DNA of 64,000 bases from the NCBI GenBank assembly GCA_965208675.1, contig OZ242351.1, positions 4,512,001-4,576,000 of the forward strand, written 5' to 3'. Below, piece by piece: positions 59,514 to 64,000 of this stretch. The DNA comes from Candidatus Poribacteria bacterium (lineage in GTDB: Bacteria > Poribacteria > WGA-4E > PCPOR2b). The notes below the pieces were generated by a model. It saw nothing but the letters and a program-made list of their open reading frames with translations. It had not been told where the DNA came from and did no database searches. Position numbers and translations under genes: made by a program. The first letter of the stretch is position 1, and every line of letters begins with the position of its first letter.

Positions 59514-61040
59514 TTAACGCAGAAAAACGAAGGTCACCGCCACAAACAGCGGGAAGAGTATGACGACCGACCAGAGCATGAATCCGAAAAAACTCGGCAT
59601 CTTGATGCCGCTGCCTTCCGCAATCGACTTCACCATAAAGTTCGGGGCGTTCCCGATATAGGTGTTCGCTCCCATAAAAACGGCGCCGACGGAAATCGCC
59701 GTCAGAATCCTGACAAACTCGAGATGTTGTGCTCCGGTGAGCGATCCGTTCAGGATTTGCGGCACCACGGCTTCCGTCAACTCCAGCTTCCCGAGCGCCG
59801 TGTTGAAGAACGTCAAATAGGTCGGTGCGTTGTCCAAGAAACTCGATAGTATGCCCGTCACCCAAAAATAGTGGAGCGGTTCGGTAACCGACCGAATTAA
59901 TCCGCTTAGCGCGCCGTGTTCCCCAGCTTTGAGAATCGCCAACGCGGGGATAATCGTCATGAAAATGCCGGCAAACAGCTTGGCGACTTCGGCGATCGGT
60001 TCCCATTCAAAGTGGTTCTCGCGCCGCAGCGCGCCTTCGAAGGGTGTGAACTTCAACGACATCAGCCCCATACCAACGATGAGCAGATCCCGAAGCAGGT
60101 TCTGCCACGCCACGTGGACGCCCAGAATGTTCACCTCGCCCAGACTGGCGGTGCCGCTCATCAAAACTGCCCCGACAATGCCGGCGAGGAAAATCAGGTT
60201 GTAAAGCCCCGCAATGCGAATCGGCGCGCGCTCGCCGTCGTCCGGCGCCTGGCCGCCCTCGCGTTTAAATAGAATCGTGTCCAAAACGAAGAAGATGCCC
60301 AGCAGCAGCACGCTGATAAACACCATTTGCGGGAAAAGCGCGGTTGTCGTCCAGAAAAACGGGACGCCGTGCAGAAATCCCAAAAACAGGGGCGGGTCGC
60401 CCAACGGCGTCAGCGAGCCGCCGATGTTGCTTACCAAAAAGATAAAAAAGATTACCAAGTGCGTCTTGTTCTTGCGGTATGCGTTGGCGCGAATCAGCGG
60501 GCGAATCAGCAGCATTGACGCGCCGGTTGTGCCAATCCACGAAGCAATTGCCGTTCCAATCAGCAGCAGCACTAGGTTGACAACCGGCGTGCCGCGCAGC
60601 GTGCCGCGAACCACAATTCCGCCCGCGACCGTGAACAGTCCCCAGAGCAGTATGATAAATGGGATATAGTCGATCAGATAGATATGGAGTATGTCGTAAA
60701 ACGCAGCGACTCGAAAGATTGCGAGATACGGCAGCGCGAAAATTAACGCCCACGCTAACGAAATCTTGCCGTAATGCTGATGCCAGAAATGCGGCGCGGC
60801 AAGCTGCCAAAACGCAATCGAAAGCAGAATGCCGATAAACGGGATTACGCTCCAAACCGGCAATACGGCGCCGTCAACGCCGTGGTGCTCCGCATGGTGC
60901 GGGGCGTCTGCGTGGTGGGATTCAACGCCGTGGCTGGTATGGGTATGGCGATCGCCTTCCGCCGAAAAACCTAAAGGTGCAAACAGATGTAACGATGTGC
61001 CTAAAAGGACAAATGGTAGAAAACTGCGGCTAATCTTCAC
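59514..61040 (-). CDS. Putative sodium:proton antiporter (ion transporter superfamily, CitMHS_2/NhaD-like)
   Basis: GTTGASMLLIRP, SNIGGSLTPLGDPPLFLGFL, SSFLDNAPTY and GANTYIGNAPNFMVK; signal-like N-terminus plus a His-rich segment. Confidence 0.82.
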   Translation of the reverse strand: MKISRSFLPFVLLGTSLHLFAPLGFSAEGDRHTHTSHGVESHHADAPHHAEHHGVDGAVLPVWSVIPFIGILLSIAFWQLAAPHFWHQHYGKISLAWALIFALPYLAIFRVAAFYDILHIYLIDYIPFIILLWGLFTVAGGIVVRGTLRGTPVVNLVLLLIGTAIASWIGTTGASMLLIRPLIRANAYRKNKTHLVIFFIFLVSNIGGSLTPLGDPPLFLGFLHGVPFFWTTTALFPQMVFISVLLLGIFFVLDTILFKREGGQAPDDGERAPIRIAGLYNLIFLAGIVGAVLMSGTASLGEVNILGVHVAWQNLLRDLLIVGMGLMSLKFTPFEGALRRENHFEWEPIAEVAKLFAGIFMTIIPALAILKAGEHGALSGLIRSVTEPLHYFWVTGILSSFLDNAPTYLTFFNTALGKLELTEAVVPQILNGSLTGAQHLEFVRILTAISVGAVFMGANTYIGNAPNFMVKSIAEGSGIKMPSFFGFMLWSVVILFPLFVAVTFVFLR

Positions 61041-61185
61041 CTTAACTGAATCGCCTCATCGCCGCTAACAAAGGTCGGTGCTGCAACCTTCGGCGGCGTC
61101 GCACGAAAGATTGACTTGTCATGAACCGATTGAATCTTTGACAAGTTCGCTTCCAAAAAAGAAATGTACAAAAACGCCATGAAGT

Positions 61186-61203
61186 TTGTGAAATTTTTCA
61201 CAA
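61186..61203. promoter_or_regulatory. Rex-type operator upstream of the antiporter-atp operon
   Basis: TTGTGAA-ATTT-TTCACAA matches the Rex consensus TTGTGAANNNNTTCACAA exactly; the palindrome extends over 61183-61206. Confidence 0.8.
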
Positions 61204-61254
61204 ACTCAAGCCAAAAAAAAATGTATTACGCGCACTTTCATCACGCAAACACGT

Positions 61255-61283
61255 ATTGTCTCACATTTCTGGGAGCGTGTCAA
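61255..61283 (-). promoter_or_regulatory. Sigma70 promoter of the antiporter-atp operon
   Basis: - strand TTGACA-N17-GACAAT with an extended -10 TG. Confidence 0.65.
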
Positions 61284-61323
61284 GTTTTTTTTCGGAGGGG
61301 ATTTTGAAAAAACGGAATGTGGT

Positions 61324-61473
61324 TTATTTTTCGGCGGACGATTTTTCGACGGCTTTGCGGCGCGCCCGCGCTTTTCGGGCGAGCTGCCGTTTCATAGCAT
61401 CGAGCTGGTTTTTGCGGTTCAGTTTCCGGCTAATGTCTTCCGCAATAGTTTTTGGGGCGCGCTTCGTTTTCAT
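61324..61473 (-). CDS. Small, very basic hypothetical protein (49 aa)
   Basis: GGAG upstream of ATG 61473; MKTKRAPK...RKARARRKAVEKSSAEK. Confidence 0.45.
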   Translation of the reverse strand: MKTKRAPKTIAEDISRKLNRKNQLDAMKRQLARKARARRKAVEKSSAEK

Positions 61474-61601
61474 TATAGGTCTCCGTGCCAGATAAATTGA
61501 CGCATCGTTTCGGCGTGCATAAATGAAAACGACAATGGGGTTGGGTGCGGTTTCACACATTTCAACACGTGTTGTGGAAGCGCGGCGAAATTCATCCGCT
61601 A

Positions 61602-61631
61602 TTGACGGGTGAGGTGGCTTTTTGGTATACT
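61602..61631 (+). promoter_or_regulatory. Sigma70 promoter toward cstA
   Basis: TTGACG-N18-TATACT with an extended -10 TG. Confidence 0.6.
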
Positions 61632-61730
61632 AAACATCATAACGATGGTTGGGGATTAGGATTTGTTAGGAGGGTTTGTCTGAACTGTGATTTGTGTGAT
61701 TAAATGATTGGCTATGATAAAGAGAGTTCT

Positions 61731-61991
61731 TGTAGGTTGGGTTGAGCGGAACATACCTTAATATGTTAATCAGATTATTAACGGTGGCGATTTAGGAAAG
61801 ATGTCGTGGGCAATACGCGTGGAGCGTAACCCAACGCTTTTCGGTATTCTGGACACATTTCAATACGCGAAAAGTGTTGGGTTACGAGCGTTGGGTTACG
61901 CTAGATTGTAGGGAATTAATAATTCATTAAAACACGAAACGCCTGCGGTGAAGCTAACTGTTTCGATTAACACCGCTTAACCCAACCTACA
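61731..61991. repeat. REPIN-like nested inverted repeat (GTAG-type REP pair)
   Basis: Outer IR TGTAGGTTGGGTTGAGCG / CGCTTAACCCAACCTACA (17/18); inner perfect 16-bp IR at 61823-61838 / 61887-61902. Confidence 0.8.
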
Positions 61992-62067
61992 AAGACATGA
62001 AAATAGAAACACAATGGAAATGCGGTAAATATCTGGTTTGCCGAGTGCACAAGGAGGCGGGTCGCCT

Positions 62068-63756
62068 ATGAACGCTGCGGTAATTGCGGTTGTCGTGTTG
62101 ATTCTGTATTTCTTGGGGTACCGCTACTACTCGAAATTTCTTTCCGAGAAGATTTTTCGGTTGTCCGACGATGAGCCGATGCCCTCGCATGTGCTGGAAG
62201 ATGGCGTGGATTATGTTCCGACGAACAAGCACGTGCTGTTCGGACACCACTTCTCATCCATTGCCGGCGCGGCGCCGATTATCGGGCCCGCGATTGCCGT
62301 GTTTTGGGGTTGGCTGCCCGCGATTATCTGGGTGGTGCTCGGCACAATCTTTATGGGTGCCGTGCACGATTTCAGTGCGCTCGTGGTTTCGGCGCGGCGG
62401 AAGGGGCGGTCCGTCGGGGATCTCGCCGGGATTCTGGTGAATTCCCGTGCCAGAACGCTGTTTCTGATAATCGTCTACTTCCTCATATTTTTCGTCCTCG
62501 CGGTCTTCGCCTACGCCATCGCCACCCTGTTCGTCAAATATCCGACAAGCGTGCTGCCCATCAATTTCGAGATTGTAGTCGCGCTCGGGATCGGGTTTCT
62601 GCTCTATCGAAAAGGGATTCCGCTGCTCTGGCCGTCTATAATTGCGCTGCTCATGCTTTACGTCATGGTCTGGGTCGGCACGCGTGTGCCGATACCGCTG
62701 CCCGAGATTATGGGCAGCCAAAAGGTGACGTGGATTATCCTGCTGCTGGGTTACTCATTCGTTGCGTCGGTGCTGCCGGTGTGGCTGCTGCTGCAGCCGC
62801 GCGACTATATCAACTCCCACCAACTCTTTGTCGGTTTGGCGGTGATGTTCTTGGGGCTGATGGTCGCGCATCCGTCGATGCATGCGCCCGCAATCAACCC
62901 CAACCCCGTGGGCGCCGTCCCCATGTTTCCGTTCATCTTCGTAACCATTGCCTGCGGCGCGATCAGCGGTTTCCATGGTTTGGTTTCGAGCGGCACGACA
63001 TCCAAACAGTTGGAAAAAATGACGCACGCGCGGCACGTCGGTTACGGCGGGATGCTGGGCGAGGGAACCTTGGCGATGTTCGCCACGCTCGCGGTCGCCG
63101 CCGGGTTGAGCCAAAGCGAATGGCTTACCCACTACCACGATTGGCATGCGGCGAGCAGCGGCGGCATCACCAATTTCGTGCTCGGCGCGTCGACGTTCTT
63201 GCAGGCGCTGAAAATTCCCGAACTGTTGGCGAATACCTTTATCAGCGTCATCGTCATCAGCTTCGCCGCGACCTCGCTCGACACCGGCACGCGAATACAG
63301 CGACTCATCGTCGGCGAACTCGGCGCGGCGTATAAGATAAAAGGATTTCAAAACCGCTACGTCGGCGCGGCGTTGGCGGTCGTGCCCAGTCTGCTGCTGG
63401 CGCTGCTGGTCGAAGCCCCGAACCTCGGACCCGGTTCCGGCGGTTTTCTGCTCTGGCCGCTCTTCGGCGCAAGCAACCAACTCGTCGGCGGGTTGACCTT
63501 GCTCGTTGCGACGATTTTCCTCTGGAAATCGGGGCGTCCCATCATCTATACGTTGATACCGATGTTCTTCTTGATATGCATGACGACGGGAGCCATGATT
63601 TTAAACTTTAAGTCGTTTTGGCATAACCCGCTGCTGCTCGTCCTTTCTGCCATTATTCTGGCGCTCGAAATCTGGCTGATTCTGGAGGCGGTCGTCGTGT
63701 TCAAGAGTCGGCGCGGCGGCGAAAGCGGCATCCCGCAAGAGGCGGAGATGGATTAG
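62068..63756 (+). CDS. cstA: Carbon starvation protein A family peptide/pyruvate transporter
   Basis: DGVDYVPT..VLFGHHFSSIAGAAPIIGP, LLQPRDY, ITIACGAISGFH-like, YGGMLGEG and LWPLFGASNQL. Confidence 0.95.
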   Translation: MNAAVIAVVVLILYFLGYRYYSKFLSEKIFRLSDDEPMPSHVLEDGVDYVPTNKHVLFGHHFSSIAGAAPIIGPAIAVFWGWLPAIIWVVLGTIFMGAVHDFSALVVSARRKGRSVGDLAGILVNSRARTLFLIIVYFLIFFVLAVFAYAIATLFVKYPTSVLPINFEIVVALGIGFLLYRKGIPLLWPSIIALLMLYVMVWVGTRVPIPLPEIMGSQKVTWIILLLGYSFVASVLPVWLLLQPRDYINSHQLFVGLAVMFLGLMVAHPSMHAPAINPNPVGAVPMFPFIFVTIACGAISGFHGLVSSGTTSKQLEKMTHARHVGYGGMLGEGTLAMFATLAVAAGLSQSEWLTHYHDWHAASSGGITNFVLGASTFLQALKIPELLANTFISVIVISFAATSLDTGTRIQRLIVGELGAAYKIKGFQNRYVGAALAVVPSLLLALLVEAPNLGPGSGGFLLWPLFGASNQLVGGLTLLVATIFLWKSGRPIIYTLIPMFFLICMTTGAMILNFKSFWHNPLLLVLSAIILALEIWLILEAVVVFKSRRGGESGIPQEAEMD

Positions 63757-63850
63757 TGAATAGACTGAAAACTTTGGAACGGCAACCGCACTGAATTTGT
63801 GTCATAAGGATAATATTGCCGACTCTTCAACTGAACGAAGGAGGATGGAA

Positions 63851-64000
63851 ATGAAAACGCACTGTCGGATTTCTTTTGCAATTATCGTAGCCTTTATTTG
63901 CAGCGCATTGATAGGCATCGAATTCGCCAGCGCAGATCATGATGCAGTAGTTGATAACGACAAGGAAGCGCCGGATTTTACCCTGCCGGACACGAATAAT
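63851..64000 (+). CDS. Secreted redoxin/thioredoxin-like protein, N-terminal part (truncated by window end)
   Basis: SD GGAGG; MKTHCRISFAIIVAFICSALIGIEFASA...KEAPDFTLPDTNN. APDFTL is typical of AhpC-TSA/redoxin starts. Confidence 0.65.
   Translation, partial: MKTHCRISFAIIVAFICSALIGIEFASADHDAVVDNDKEAPDFTLPDTNN

Noticed and set aside
62304-63480. Long alternative-frame ORFs (343 aa +, 241 aa -) inside cstA
   Set aside because: Arg/Ala-rich products expected from GC-rich codon bias within a clear gene.

Overview
Bacterial genomic window with three parts. The gene-family mix suggests Candidatus Poribacteria or a similar marine/sponge-associated lineage; this is inference, as no rRNA is present. 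(1) 1-12.7 kb, + strand housekeeping: pyrC (partial), carA, carB, long-type GAPDH, rsmB, an orphan sugar ABC ATPase, a 2-hydroxyacid dehydrogenase and a large membrane protein. (2) 12.7-48 kb, a - strand block of secreted repeat proteins built by tandem duplication. It holds a degraded IS630/Tc1 (ISY100-like) element, a hexaheme cytochrome c, five paralogous 14-blade WD40 proteins with an FlgD-like/T9SS-like C-terminal domain behind a sigma54-type promoter, four PD40 propellers, a DUF4159-like gene plus a truncated duplicate, TPR, ASPIC/UnbV and FGE-family genes, three LamG-like paralogs, hisN and acyP. (3) 48-64 kb: adk, an ABC ATPase, a full F1Fo ATP synthase operon, cstA and a partial redoxin. 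The atp operon is led by a putative Na+/H+ antiporter with a perfect Rex-type box upstream, and two genes (a DddK/DddW-like cupin and a lipoprotein) sit between atpG and atpD. The best candidate for an undescribed system is a ~15-residue motif, V-x-P-x-x-K-x-x-(T/L)-(T/S)-W-G-x-I-K, shared by 12 signal-peptide proteins of three different passenger families. It is C-terminal in seven and sits just before the FlgD-like domain in five, as expected for a protein-sorting or surface-display signal. Other highlights are the possible DMSP lyase inside the atp operon, an atypical c-subunit, two candidate structured leader RNAs, and MITE/REP elements. All family assignments come from motif recognition and recall; no database searches were run.
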